Below, one piece after another: positions 9,986 to 19,490 of a stretch of DNA of 64,000 bases (within the stretch, counting starts at the first letter, position 1; each line of letters begins with the position of its first letter). A program made the position numbers and the translations under genes. A model generated the notes under the pieces. That model did not search any database, was not told the DNA's origin, and saw nothing but the letters and a program-made list of their open reading frames with translations. This DNA is from Alphaproteobacteria bacterium (GTDB taxonomy: Bacteria; Pseudomonadota; Alphaproteobacteria; MPNO01; UBA2964). The DNA lies in assembly GCA_012103315.1 (NCBI GenBank), contig WLWZ01000011.1, positions 11,869 to 75,868 of the forward strand, given 5' to 3'.

Positions 9986-10887
9986 GGCTCGATGATCCTT
10001 ACAAGTTTCTTCGGGACTGATTGTCGAACGATATCGGAAAGCCCCTCGATGATTGCCGTTCTGGGAAAGGAGGCGCGGTAGGCTAACCGAACGATCCTTC
10101 CCGCAGTCCCCGAGGCTTCTTTCAGAGTAACGATATTGGGCGTATTCGTCGGTTTCGAAAGCGCGGGGACAAGGGTGATGCCGTCGCCAGCTGCGACCAG
10201 TGCCAGCAATGTTCCAAGACTGGTTTCCCTAGTATTGGAATTGGCAGTACCGGTATTCGCGCTGCAAACATCGAGGACCTGATTGCGCAAACAATGACCA
10301 TCTGCCAATAGAAGAAGTTCCTCGTGGGGCAGGTCACAGACGTCGATGGATTGATTGGTGCAGAGGGTATGACCTTTGGGCAGAGCAATCCAAAATGGTT
10401 CATCATAGAGCAGCTTTTCGGTGAGCCGTTGTTCTTCTGGCGCTGTGGCCAGAATGGCGCCATCCAGATCGCCGACGGCTACTGCCTTTTCCAAGTCAGC
10501 AGTGAAACCTTCGACGAGGGTGAGGGATAGATTTGGCAGGTCATCTCGAATTTTTGCGAGGATAAGAGGCGAGAGTGACGGGGCAATGGTGGCGATCATC
10601 CCGAGCCGAAAGGGACCGGATAGCGGGTCTTTGGCAGCTTGCGCTGTCAACACAATCTCATCAGCCATTGTGATGAGTTGTTGCGCCTGGGCAACAATCT
10701 TTTCGCCGACTGGCGTAATTGAAACGGACCGGTTGGTGCGCTCGAACAACGCCACGCCGAGAAAGTCTTCCAGCTTTTGAATTTGTCCGCTCAGGGCAGG
10801 TTGGCTGACATGACAACGATCAGCGGCGCGACCGAAATGTTTCTCTTCGGCGACGGCAACGACGTATTCCATGTCACGTAGATTCAT
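9982..10887 (-). CDS. oxyR: Hydrogen peroxide-sensing LysR regulator OxyR
   Basis: LysR HTH (HFGRAADRCHVSQPALS); redox Cys pair in DGHCLRNQVLDVC; divergent from catalase. Confidence 0.92.
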   Translation of the reverse strand: MNLRDMEYVVAVAEEKHFGRAADRCHVSQPALSGQIQKLEDFLGVALFERTNRSVSITPVGEKIVAQAQQLITMADEIVLTAQAAKDPLSGPFRLGMIATIAPSLSPLILAKIRDDLPNLSLTLVEGFTADLEKAVAVGDLDGAILATAPEEQRLTEKLLYDEPFWIALPKGHTLCTNQSIDVCDLPHEELLLLADGHCLRNQVLDVCSANTGTANSNTRETSLGTLLALVAAGDGITLVPALSKPTNTPNIVTLKEASGTAGRIVRLAYRASFPRTAIIEGLSDIVRQSVPKKLVRIIEP

Positions 10888-10891
10888 AACG

Positions 10892-10928
10892 ATAAGTGTA
10901 ACCAATCATAATAATAAGAAGAATCGAT
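10892..10928. promoter_or_regulatory. OxyR binding site
   Basis: ATAA-N7-CAAT-N7-ATAA-N7-CGAT has the spacing of the ATAG-N7-CTAT-N7-ATAG-N7-CTAT consensus and lies between oxyR and catalase. Confidence 0.75.
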
Positions 10929-11001
10929 TTTGTTAATGATTGTTCCTTCGCTATCTCTAAGGACGAGGCAATTAGGCCCGCAAACCAGAGGAGATAGGTC
11001 G

Positions 11002-12438
11002 ATGAGTAAATGTCCCGTTATGACAACCGCAAACGGTAGTCCTGTGCCGGACAACCAAAATAGCCTGACAGCGGGGCCTCGCGGTCCGCTTCTGGCTCAG
11101 GATTGGCAGCTGTTCGAGAAGCATGCTCACTTCAATCGAGAGCGTATTCCCGAACGCGTGGTTCATGCCAAGGGATCTGGAGCCTACGGTACGCTCAAGA
11201 TTACAGACGATATTTCCAAATACACCAAAGCCAAGGTCTTTGAAGTTGGTAAGGAAACAGAATGCTTCCTGCGATTCTCAACGGTGGCCGGTGAGAAGGG
11301 TGCTGCTGATGCAGAGCGGGATGTCCGTGGTTTCGCTGTGAAGTTTTATACGGAAGAAGGCAATTGGGACGTCGTTGGCAATAACACGCCGGTGTTCTTT
11401 GTCCGCGATCCTTACAAGTTCATGGACTTCATCCATAGCCAGAAACGCGACCCGAAAACCAACCTGCGAGATGCAACCATGCAGTGGGATTTCTGGTCGC
11501 ATTCACCGGAAGCGTTGCATCAGATCACGATCTTGATGTCAGATCGCGGTGTGCCGAGCAGTTATCGTCATATCAACGGCTATGGCTCGCATACTTACAG
11601 CTTCATCAATGCCGACAATGAACGGTATTGGGTAAAATTCCATTTCAAAACTCAGCAAGGCCATTCGTTTAATCTTGGTGATGATGAGGCCAATGTGATT
11701 GGTCAGGATCGCGAGAGCCATCAGCGTGACCTGTATGATGCAATCGAACGTGGTGACTTCCCGAAATGGACGGTGAAAGTCCAGATCATGTCGGAAGCAG
11801 AAGCCGAGAAGACATCTTATAACCCGTTTGATTTGACCAAGGTCTGGCCGCACGCGGAGTTTCCGTTGATCGAGGTCGGTACGATGGAGCTTAACCGCAA
11901 TCCTGAGAACTACTTCGCGGAGGTCGAGCAGGCGGCGTTTACCCCGGCGAATGTTGTCCCGGGGATTGGTCACAGTCCGGACAAGATGTTGCAAATGCGG
12001 ATTTTGTCTTACGGTGATGCCCAACGCTATCGGGTCGGGGCCAACCATCAGGCGTTGCCGGTAAACGCGCCGAAATGTCCGGTCCATAATTACCAGCGTG
12101 ATGGTGCGATGCGGTTCGATGGCAACAATGGCGGTGCGGTAAATTATGAACCGAACAGTGTCGGTGGCCCGGTTGAAGATCAATCTGTCAAAGAGCCACC
12201 ACTTGCTGTTGGTGATGTGGCTGATCGGTACGATCATCGTGACGAGAATGATGATTACACCCAGGCCGGAAACCTGTTCCGCTTGATGTCATCAGAGGAG
12301 CAAGGGCGTCTCATGGATACCATTGCCGGTGCGATGGAAGGCGTGCCGGAAGAGATCATCAATCGACAGGTGGGTTACTTCCATCGAGCTGACCCGGATT
12401 ACGGGAACGGCATCATGAAACGTTTGGTAAAGAAGTAG
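11002..12438 (+). CDS. katA: Monofunctional heme catalase (small subunit)
   Basis: [24 protein letters not shown] and proximal [15 protein letters not shown] 11002 downstream of GAGGAG. Confidence 0.96.
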   Translation: MSKCPVMTTANGSPVPDNQNSLTAGPRGPLLAQDWQLFEKHAHFNRERIPERVVHAKGSGAYGTLKITDDISKYTKAKVFEVGKETECFLRFSTVAGEKGAADAERDVRGFAVKFYTEEGNWDVVGNNTPVFFVRDPYKFMDFIHSQKRDPKTNLRDATMQWDFWSHSPEALHQITILMSDRGVPSSYRHINGYGSHTYSFINADNERYWVKFHFKTQQGHSFNLGDDEANVIGQDRESHQRDLYDAIERGDFPKWTVKVQIMSEAEAEKTSYNPFDLTKVWPHAEFPLIEVGTMELNRNPENYFAEVEQAAFTPANVVPGIGHSPDKMLQMRILSYGDAQRYRVGANHQALPVNAPKCPVHNYQRDGAMRFDGNNGGAVNYEPNSVGGPVEDQSVKEPPLAVGDVADRYDHRDENDDYTQAGNLFRLMSSEEQGRLMDTIAGAMEGVPEEIINRQVGYFHRADPDYGNGIMKRLVKK

Positions 12439-12452
12439 CAGGAAGAAGGTGA

Positions 12453-12479
12453 TATCCGGGGCCCTTTAGGTCCCGGATA
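12453..12479 (+). terminator. Hairpin downstream of catalase (possible terminator)
   Basis: TATCCGGGGCC-cttta-GGTCCCGGATA stem; the U tract is weak. Confidence 0.45.
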
Positions 12480-12760
12480 CGCATGCTTTGAGACCAGGAG
12501 TAATTTGAAATGAAAGCGCTGACTTATTCACTACTAAATGAATTTTGTGACGTTTCAATCTGGGTAACGTTAGGGCTCAGAGAAAGCCTGCCCATCCCGC
12601 GGATTAATGGCACTTATCATGCCAAATCTGTCATTTAGATGAGGTCTTGCTGAATCAGTGATTTGAGTCTTAGAATATTGGGGAATCGGTTTTTGATCGA
12701 CCGCTTCGATACGGCGTCAACGGTATGGCGCGAAGCAATAAATCAACTTCGGGAGGTACT

Positions 12761-13795
12761 ATGATTAAATACACTTTACCAATAGTTCTCGCCGCCTCCG
12801 TGACCGCTCTGCCGGCACTGGCGAATAAAGCGAAGCTAATGGAACTTTACAAAGAGAAAACCGTGACCATTACGATTCCGTATGGTCCTGGCGGAACTTA
12901 TGACAAATATGGTTTGAGTTTCTCTAATCATCTGGGACGTCAACTTCCCGGTAAGCCAAATATGATTCTGCAGTATATGCCAGGTGCCGGTGGTGCTAAG
13001 GCCATGAACTGGTTTGCCAATGTCGCCCCTAGACATGGCCGGAACCTGATTGTGCCGCTCGACAATACGGTTATCAACCAGGTCCTGCGTCCAAAAAAGA
13101 TGCGCTACAATGCAAACGATTTCACATGGCTTGGTTCTTCTAACCAGACTAATTCAGTGATCGTTATTCGTGCTGATAAAGGCATCAAGCACATCAATGA
13201 CATGAAAAAGATTCAGGCGATCGGTTCAACGAGTGGTAAGAACTCAAGCACTTATATCTTTTCTGTCTTAGCGGCAAAATTACTTGGCCTTAAGATGAAG
13301 ATGGTGACAGGTTATAAAGGGTCATCACGGTCTATCTTCGCCATCGAACAGGGTGAAGTCGATTTCACGGCACCGAACTGGCTGGCTTGGAATTCAAAAG
13401 TGCCGCATTGGTTCAAGGGCAAGAAACCTTTTGCTATTCCGATTTTGCAGAATGGGTTCTTTGTTGACCCCAATATTCCAGATGTACCCATGTTCACGGA
13501 ACTTGTGAAACCAGCAGACAGGCCTTTGGCTTCATTTCTGGCGTCAGCTGGTCCGCTTGGTCGCGGTTTGATTTTGCCACCAAAATCGCCGAAATACCTG
13601 ACGAAACCGCTTCGCGCGGCTTATGATGCGATGAACGCTGATCCGAAGTTCAATGCTGAACTGAAGAAACGTAAGCTTCGCTTGATCGCCAGTAAGGGTG
13701 AAGTCATTCAGGGTATTGTTGCTAAAGCGCTTAAAGACACATCACCTGCCGTCATCGCACGGGTAAGGTCATTGGTCTTTGGTAGCGGAAGCTAA
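12761..13795 (+). CDS. tctC: Bug/TctC-family substrate-binding protein
   Basis: Signal peptide, PYGPGGTYD, MPGAGG, GYKGS..SIFAIEQGEVD; GGGAGG RBS. Confidence 0.88.
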   Translation: MIKYTLPIVLAASVTALPALANKAKLMELYKEKTVTITIPYGPGGTYDKYGLSFSNHLGRQLPGKPNMILQYMPGAGGAKAMNWFANVAPRHGRNLIVPLDNTVINQVLRPKKMRYNANDFTWLGSSNQTNSVIVIRADKGIKHINDMKKIQAIGSTSGKNSSTYIFSVLAAKLLGLKMKMVTGYKGSSRSIFAIEQGEVDFTAPNWLAWNSKVPHWFKGKKPFAIPILQNGFFVDPNIPDVPMFTELVKPADRPLASFLASAGPLGRGLILPPKSPKYLTKPLRAAYDAMNADPKFNAELKKRKLRLIASKGEVIQGIVAKALKDTSPAVIARVRSLVFGSGS

Positions 13796-13818
13796 GTCCT
13801 AGACTTTAAGTTCGACAG

Positions 13819-13854
13819 AAAGGCGGTCCCTGGTTTCCAGGGGCCGCTTTTTTT
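13819..13854. terminator. Intrinsic terminator
   Basis: AAAGGCGGTCCCTGG-ttt-CCAGGGGCCGCTTTTTTT. Confidence 0.8.
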
Positions 13855-13856
13855 AT

Positions 13857-14906
13857 TTAAACAGCATGAAGTTTGGTGTTTTCAGTCTCTTCAGCAATCA
13901 AGCGGTCGACAAGACGTCGTACTTCAAGGGCACCGGCATCTGCACCAACATCTATCTTAGGCGCGCCGTCCCATCGATCCTGTTGGGCCTCGATGATCAC
14001 AATATCTTCGTTAAAGGCAAGGACAGAGGCATCGTAGATGGCATCCTCCTGTTCACTTGATAACCCATCTGCCTTGTTGGCCATTACCCAGAGATAGAGC
14101 GTGGTCTCATCGGTCTCGGGCATTGCAAGATGCAAGGTATGACGATCTAACAACATGTTCTCTGGGGCGGCTTCACGACCGCCAGTTCCGGCCTTGGATG
14201 AGCCGACCTGGAGCCAGACAAATCCCGGTGGGGCGTACTCAATTACTTGCCAGCGATCAACATTATCAGAATAGCCAGTCACAGCGACATGTGCGGGGGC
14301 CGGGGCGATATCTTCCATAAATCGGGTAATACGAACCCGGTCACCATCACGTTCGGTTTTGGCCACGGCTTGTTCCGCCACGCCGGATGCGCCGATGGTG
14401 GATTTGTGGGCGAACGGCAGGTGCGTGACATCCATCAAATTATCGATGAGTAGGCGGTTATCAAAATGCCCATATAGATGCGCATAGCGGACACGCCAAT
14501 CGGCGTTGGAGGCGAAGGGAAAATCATAGGGCACTACGGAATTGCTGAGAGCTGGGTCGCCCATCCAAACGTGGATAAATCCCTGTTGTTCGATACACGG
14601 GTATGAGCGCACGGCGGCACCCGGCGGAATCTGCTTTTGGCTCGGAACGCGAACGCAGGCACCACTGCAGTCATATTCAAGGCCGTGATAGCCGCATTGA
14701 ATATTGTCCCCGACAATCTCTCCGAGCGACAAAGGTGCCTGCCGGTGAACACAGCGATCTTCCAGAACAACAACCTTGCCGGTGGATGGTGTACGAAACA
14801 AAACAAGAGGCTCGTTCAGCATGCGCGATGCAATGGGTTTATCCGTTACCTCTTCGGTGAGGCCTGCGACATACCAACGATTTCTCAATTGGGGGGTATT
14901 GATCAT
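13857..14906 (-). CDS. Rieske non-heme iron oxygenase alpha subunit (VanA / O-demethylase-like)
   Basis: Rieske motif CVHR...CGYHG; mononuclear Fe site DNLMDVTHLPFAH and FNED. Confidence 0.88.
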   Translation of the reverse strand: MINTPQLRNRWYVAGLTEEVTDKPIASRMLNEPLVLFRTPSTGKVVVLEDRCVHRQAPLSLGEIVGDNIQCGYHGLEYDCSGACVRVPSQKQIPPGAAVRSYPCIEQQGFIHVWMGDPALSNSVVPYDFPFASNADWRVRYAHLYGHFDNRLLIDNLMDVTHLPFAHKSTIGASGVAEQAVAKTERDGDRVRITRFMEDIAPAPAHVAVTGYSDNVDRWQVIEYAPPGFVWLQVGSSKAGTGGREAAPENMLLDRHTLHLAMPETDETTLYLWVMANKADGLSSEQEDAIYDASVLAFNEDIVIIEAQQDRWDGAPKIDVGADAGALEVRRLVDRLIAEETENTKLHAV

Positions 14907-14965
14907 CTATCTCGTCCAGACTGTGTGAGGCGACATTCTAGAGCGCCTTCGATCAGAATCAAAAT

Positions 14966-15769
14966 TCAAGGCACGTGGTGTGTGTTTGTTGCGCGGAGCA
15001 TTTGGATAACGATAAAGGCGGCCACGGCGGCGAAAAGATGTTTGAGCGTATGGCCGCTTAGCGCACCCTGTAGAACGCTATAAAGCCAGTGATCGAGTTT
15101 CTCCAGCGCCATGGCACTGCCATACCAGGCGATTACCCAGAGTAGGTATGATGCTTTGGTGTAACGACCATTTGGAAACAGGATTAAAACAATGGGCAAC
15201 AAGGCGATTGGAAAGAATTGGACAAAGCCATAGAACCGTAAATCCCCGGTCCCCTGCGCTTCGGTGATGGACCAGTAGATCAGGCTAGCAGCACCTAGCG
15301 TTACGAGAAGGGGCAAAAGCCAGGGAATGATGTTTGGGCGGTTGATCCGGTCGGTTAGAAAAGCTGTGAAGAAACCCATAAAGGCCATCGTCATTGGCAA
15401 TCGGTCCCAGAACAAACGATCATTATCCGGTGCCCCGTGATAGTAGGCAGAGCCAACACTGACCAAAGCCACGCCGCTAAAGAAAACGATATAGGGCCAT
15501 TTTTCGAGAGATCGTGGAAAAATCGACTGCCCTGTTGGCCCAAGTATGGTCCAAAGCCCCCAGAGGCCGACCAGCGCAAAAGCGGCATTTGACACGGTGT
15601 TCCCAAAATTCACGATGCCGAGACAGGTGCGTACGTCGGCAAACAAGTGAAATGTGGGGTCCTGTGGGATCGGTGAAACTTGAAGCAGGCCAATGAATGC
15701 GGCTATTCCAATGGCGCTCAAAATACTGACGTTTCTGGCATAGTTTGGTCCGTCGGTTTCAGGTCTCAT
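14966..15769 (-). CDS. Ceramidase-domain (CREST superfamily) membrane hydrolase
   Basis: Multiple TM helices; NTVSN, GSAYYH, DRLPM and HTLKH metal-site motifs; TGATG overlap with the upstream gene. Confidence 0.75.
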   Translation of the reverse strand: MRPETDGPNYARNVSILSAIGIAAFIGLLQVSPIPQDPTFHLFADVRTCLGIVNFGNTVSNAAFALVGLWGLWTILGPTGQSIFPRSLEKWPYIVFFSGVALVSVGSAYYHGAPDNDRLFWDRLPMTMAFMGFFTAFLTDRINRPNIIPWLLPLLVTLGAASLIYWSITEAQGTGDLRFYGFVQFFPIALLPIVLILFPNGRYTKASYLLWVIAWYGSAMALEKLDHWLYSVLQGALSGHTLKHLFAAVAAFIVIQMLRATNTHHVP

Positions 15770-17283
15770 CAACCGTCCACTCCATCTCGTCCCAGCGCAG
15801 CGCTATCCGGAAACAACAATGACTTTATAACGACGGGGACGGCGCCGGAAGCGGCCATCATGTCGCCGATATCGATATAATCGAACTCTTCAAGGGCGAT
15901 GCTGTCGATCGAGATGATCGGGACCTCTAGCTTCAGCTCTTCGGCAGCATGAATGCCAAAGACTTTCCCGATATCGCCTTCGCAGACCATGACCAATGGG
16001 TGTCTATTTTTAAGGTGCCTGGAAAGCCCTTCAGACACACCTGATAGGAAGTCATGAATACGCTGGTAGCTCGCTGAACCCAACCAGTCGAAGCATAGGG
16101 CAATCGGTTGCTCTGCACCAGCTTGGTCGAGGCGCAGTAAGGCATTGGTGACAGCGTCGGTGACATTCGTTTGGTCGATCTCATCCAGTTCCAATGCGAA
16201 GGCGGGTTTGATAACCGGGATATTGCGCAACGGCAGAAGCGTTTCGTCTGACACCATGATCGTGGTGCCAGATAGTTGGATGGTATATTGCGAGGCTCCG
16301 ACGACTGTGGCTCTAATATTCTCGACCGGCGGCATGACGCGATAGCCGGCGCTTTCTATTCGCCGGTGAATAGCCCGCCCGAGATAGTTACCAAGATCGC
16401 CGAACGTGCTTTCCTCATACCCGTAGATGAATTCAGAAACGCCGCCGGAAAAGGTGAGTGCATCGATTTCGCCGCGCCAGCTAATCGGTGCTAGCCGATG
16501 GAGTGCCTCGGTTTCAGTTGAGGGAACGCGCAATGTAATAATTTCTTCCAGCCGATCCGCCATCTTTTCTGCGATGTTCTCACAATCAGCTGCTGTAATG
16601 TGATCGCCCGGTGAAAGCTCAAGCCCCGCTTCATGAATAAAAATCCGCCCAGCTTCTTCAATTCGCGTGATGGTGCCAGCATCGTCAAAGGCGATTAGCC
16701 GCGCGCCAATATCAACAGCAGTCAGCCCAACGATCTCACCTTTGTCGCAAATAGCAACCTTGGTTGTGCCACCGCCGATATCAATGTTCATCACCACGAC
16801 ACCAACGTCTTTAGAATTTATCACTGCGCCAGAACCGTAGGCCGCCATCGCCGCTTCCATCTGATCTCCGGCGGAGACAGAGACAAATTTACCGGTTTCG
16901 ACGGCGAAGAGTTCTCCGATAGCCCGGGCATTTTGTCGTCGAACGGCGAGGCCGGTGAGAATGAGGGCGCCGGTATCAACTTCGTCGGGGCGCAGCTGGG
17001 CTGAGCGATACTGGCCAGCGATATAGTCAGCGAGCTTGTCGGAATCGATGGTTTGCTGGTCGGTGTAGGGCGTCAGGAAGATATCAGAGTCATAGATGAC
17101 CTGGCGTTCGGCCGCGACATAGCGGCCATCGCGCTGTTCCATTCGTAGCCGTGAGAATACGAGATGCGATGTCGAGGAACCAATGTCGACACCGACACTG
17201 ACGAGTGAGGTCTTTTCTGCTCCAGCGAGATTGCGTTGCTCGGCAAAAACAACCCGACCACCTTCTTCTTCCTCGTCATACAC
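15769..17283 (-). CDS. eutA: EutA-family (ethanolamine ammonia-lyase reactivase-like) ASKHA ATPase
   Basis: SVGVDIGSSTSHLVFSRL, DTGALILTG, NIDIGGGTTK, FSGGVSE, IRATVVGAS and VPVVIKSLLF; no eutBC in the window, so the symbol denotes the family only. Confidence 0.8.
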   Translation of the reverse strand: MYDEEEEGGRVVFAEQRNLAGAEKTSLVSVGVDIGSSTSHLVFSRLRMEQRDGRYVAAERQVIYDSDIFLTPYTDQQTIDSDKLADYIAGQYRSAQLRPDEVDTGALILTGLAVRRQNARAIGELFAVETGKFVSVSAGDQMEAAMAAYGSGAVINSKDVGVVVMNIDIGGGTTKVAICDKGEIVGLTAVDIGARLIAFDDAGTITRIEEAGRIFIHEAGLELSPGDHITAADCENIAEKMADRLEEIITLRVPSTETEALHRLAPISWRGEIDALTFSGGVSEFIYGYEESTFGDLGNYLGRAIHRRIESAGYRVMPPVENIRATVVGASQYTIQLSGTTIMVSDETLLPLRNIPVIKPAFALELDEIDQTNVTDAVTNALLRLDQAGAEQPIALCFDWLGSASYQRIHDFLSGVSEGLSRHLKNRHPLVMVCEGDIGKVFGIHAAEELKLEVPIISIDSIALEEFDYIDIGDMMAASGAVPVVIKSLLFPDSAALGRDGVDG

Positions 17284-17314
17284 GATCTTTTACGAGGCCT
17301 TCCGTCATTTAGGT

Positions 17315-18541
17315 TTAGCCACCAGCAAAGGAGTAGGTAGTGTTCTTATCATAGAATTTTTCGTCCATCCGGTTCTCTGATCCTTCGGAGGTTAACGCTT
17401 CGGCAAAACTCGACCGTACCTGTGGATCTTCGAGCGAATAGGGAACAGAAGCGCCACCAGCATAGGTTATATCGACCATCCCAGGGTCGACGACCGTATC
17501 ACCTGGGATGCCGGCTTGTTGCGCGAGGTGATTATTGGGACCGTACCAGCCAAGTAATCGAAGCGGTTCATCGCCAGTTGAGAAATGCTGATGAAACCAG
17601 TCACCCTCCATCGGTGCGGCGGAAATCATGCTGAACTGGCCATATTCTTGGCGAAGCACATTGTCACCCTGGCCGTCTTGCCAGGGCGTTGGACCGAGCT
17701 CCTGTGGCCAGGTGTAGGAATACCCCTTTCCGCCAATGCATATGAACGCGGCGGCTGAGCCCGGCGAATAGGCCCGTGAATAACGGCCAGCGGGGTGCTC
17801 GCCGATATATTGGTAAAACACATTTTCCGCCATTTGCGGTTCCATCCGGCGGTAGCCGGGTGTTCGACGATTATCGAGATAAAGCTCTGTTGTGAAGACG
17901 TCGGCGACGACATTGGTCCTGCACATGGCCAAGCCGCGTGCAGGGTCAGGCTGTAACCCGTCTGATGGCTCGAAGCTGCTACCGGTTGGGTCATAGCGCT
18001 TCTTCATTTGTAGGGACGAGGCAAAAATAATGTCTTCATCCCGCATCAGATTGAACATGTTAGGTGCGGTGGTTCCCGCCAACAAAATTGCCGGATTGGC
18101 GGATGAGTTCACGATGCGATGATGGGTATTCATCGGGATTGCAAAAAGTGAACCGCGGCTCCATTCAAAGACTTCAGGACGATCTTGCCCATCTTCCCAA
18201 ATCTCGGTTGTGCCGCGCCCTTCGAGAACCAGATAGACCTCTTCGTAAAGGTGCCGTTCTTCGTTTAGTGCCCCGGCGCCGGGAACCTCAATAAGATAGC
18301 TACCCCATTTGCCTTCGGTGCCAAACAGCTGGATAAAGCAACCGCGTCCACCCATCTGGTCCCAAGGTTGCATTGGCAAATTCAGAACGTTGGCGATCCC
18401 AATTTCCCGGATTACTGGAATATTCTGTGCCTCCATAAAATCATCATAAGGCGTCGCCAATCTCGGCCAGGATGGGGTGCCGGCATACAGGTCGCGTCCG
18501 GGTTCGTGCCAGTGCGGATCACCCGCGACATCATGGGGCAT
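17315..18541 (-). CDS. Bicupin domain protein (A)
   Basis: ERHLYEEVYLVLEGRGTT...FAIPMNTHHRIVN; second cupin GKGYSYTW...WFHQHF. Confidence 0.75.
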   Translation of the reverse strand: MPHDVAGDPHWHEPGRDLYAGTPSWPRLATPYDDFMEAQNIPVIREIGIANVLNLPMQPWDQMGGRGCFIQLFGTEGKWGSYLIEVPGAGALNEERHLYEEVYLVLEGRGTTEIWEDGQDRPEVFEWSRGSLFAIPMNTHHRIVNSSANPAILLAGTTAPNMFNLMRDEDIIFASSLQMKKRYDPTGSSFEPSDGLQPDPARGLAMCRTNVVADVFTTELYLDNRRTPGYRRMEPQMAENVFYQYIGEHPAGRYSRAYSPGSAAAFICIGGKGYSYTWPQELGPTPWQDGQGDNVLRQEYGQFSMISAAPMEGDWFHQHFSTGDEPLRLLGWYGPNNHLAQQAGIPGDTVVDPGMVDITYAGGASVPYSLEDPQVRSSFAEALTSEGSENRMDEKFYDKNTTYSFAGG

Positions 18542-18694
18542 AAATCGCTCTTAACTAGTTAGAAAACTGCCAAAAAACTTGATACCGAACATGGTCAAAC
18601 GAAGGACAGCTGTCAAGTTTGGCCCCGGTGTTCCTTAGAATACATATGCGGCGCATAATGGTGGTTAAGCAGGGATCGAACGAGAGGTGTGAAC

Positions 18695-19480
18695 ATGAAT
18701 TGGTTAGAAGACAAGGTCGTTTTTATCACCGGCGCTGGCGAAGGCATCGGCAAGGTCGTTGTAAACCGGTTTTTGAACGAAGGTGTTGCCGGCATCGTGG
18801 CGTTTGACTTGATCGATGACCGGCTAGCGGAGCTGCAATCAACGTATGGCGATCGCATTGAGACTGTTTGCGGTGACGTTCGAAACCTCAAAGATAATGA
18901 GAAAGCAGTCGAACTAGCGGTATCCAAATTCGGCAAGCTCGATGTGTTCGTTGGGAATGCGGGTGTTCGGGATGGTCGCAAACGACTGGAAGATATGGGC
19001 GAAAAGGAACTGCATCAGGGTTTCGACGATGTCTTCGGTATCAATGTGAAGGGCTACATGATTGGAGCCGCCGCGGTACGGGAAGAACTCGTGAAAATCC
19101 GGGGCTGTATCGTCCTTACATTATCGACGTCATCTTTTTATGTTGGCAGTGGACCGATTTATACGGCCTCCAAACATGCAGCTCTTGGTCTTATGCGAGC
19201 GCTTGCGCATGAACTTGCGCCCGATATCAGGGTCAATGGTGTGGCACCTAGCGGAACACCGACGTCTTTTTCAGATGCTGACAGTTTGGTTGAGCCCGAC
19301 TCCGCTCGGACGGCAATCCGTACAGGTGGTCCGAATAGTAATATTCTGCATCGTCAGACAGAGCCAGAAGATCACGCGGCCGCTTATGTGTTGCTGGCAT
19401 CCGATCAATCTGCGGTGATGACGGGATCGGTCATCAATAGCGATGCGGGACGCGGCGTTTCCGTCGCGTCCCAGCGTTAA
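18695..19480 (+). CDS. SDR, cis-dihydrodiol dehydrogenase (BphB/HcaB)-like
   Basis: TGAGEGIG, VGNAGVRD, INVKGY, GPIYTASKHA and RVNGVAP. Confidence 0.75.
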   Translation: MNWLEDKVVFITGAGEGIGKVVVNRFLNEGVAGIVAFDLIDDRLAELQSTYGDRIETVCGDVRNLKDNEKAVELAVSKFGKLDVFVGNAGVRDGRKRLEDMGEKELHQGFDDVFGINVKGYMIGAAAVREELVKIRGCIVLTLSTSSFYVGSGPIYTASKHAALGLMRALAHELAPDIRVNGVAPSGTPTSFSDADSLVEPDSARTAIRTGGPNSNILHRQTEPEDHAAAYVLLASDQSAVMTGSVINSDAGRGVSVASQR

Positions 19481-19490
19481 AAGGTCGAAC

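Noticed and set aside
11539..12237. 232-aa minus-strand ORF
   Set aside because: Antisense shadow of catalase
15769..17283. Ethanolamine utilisation (eut) locus
   Set aside because: No eutB, eutC, shell proteins or cobalamin adenosyltransferase in the window
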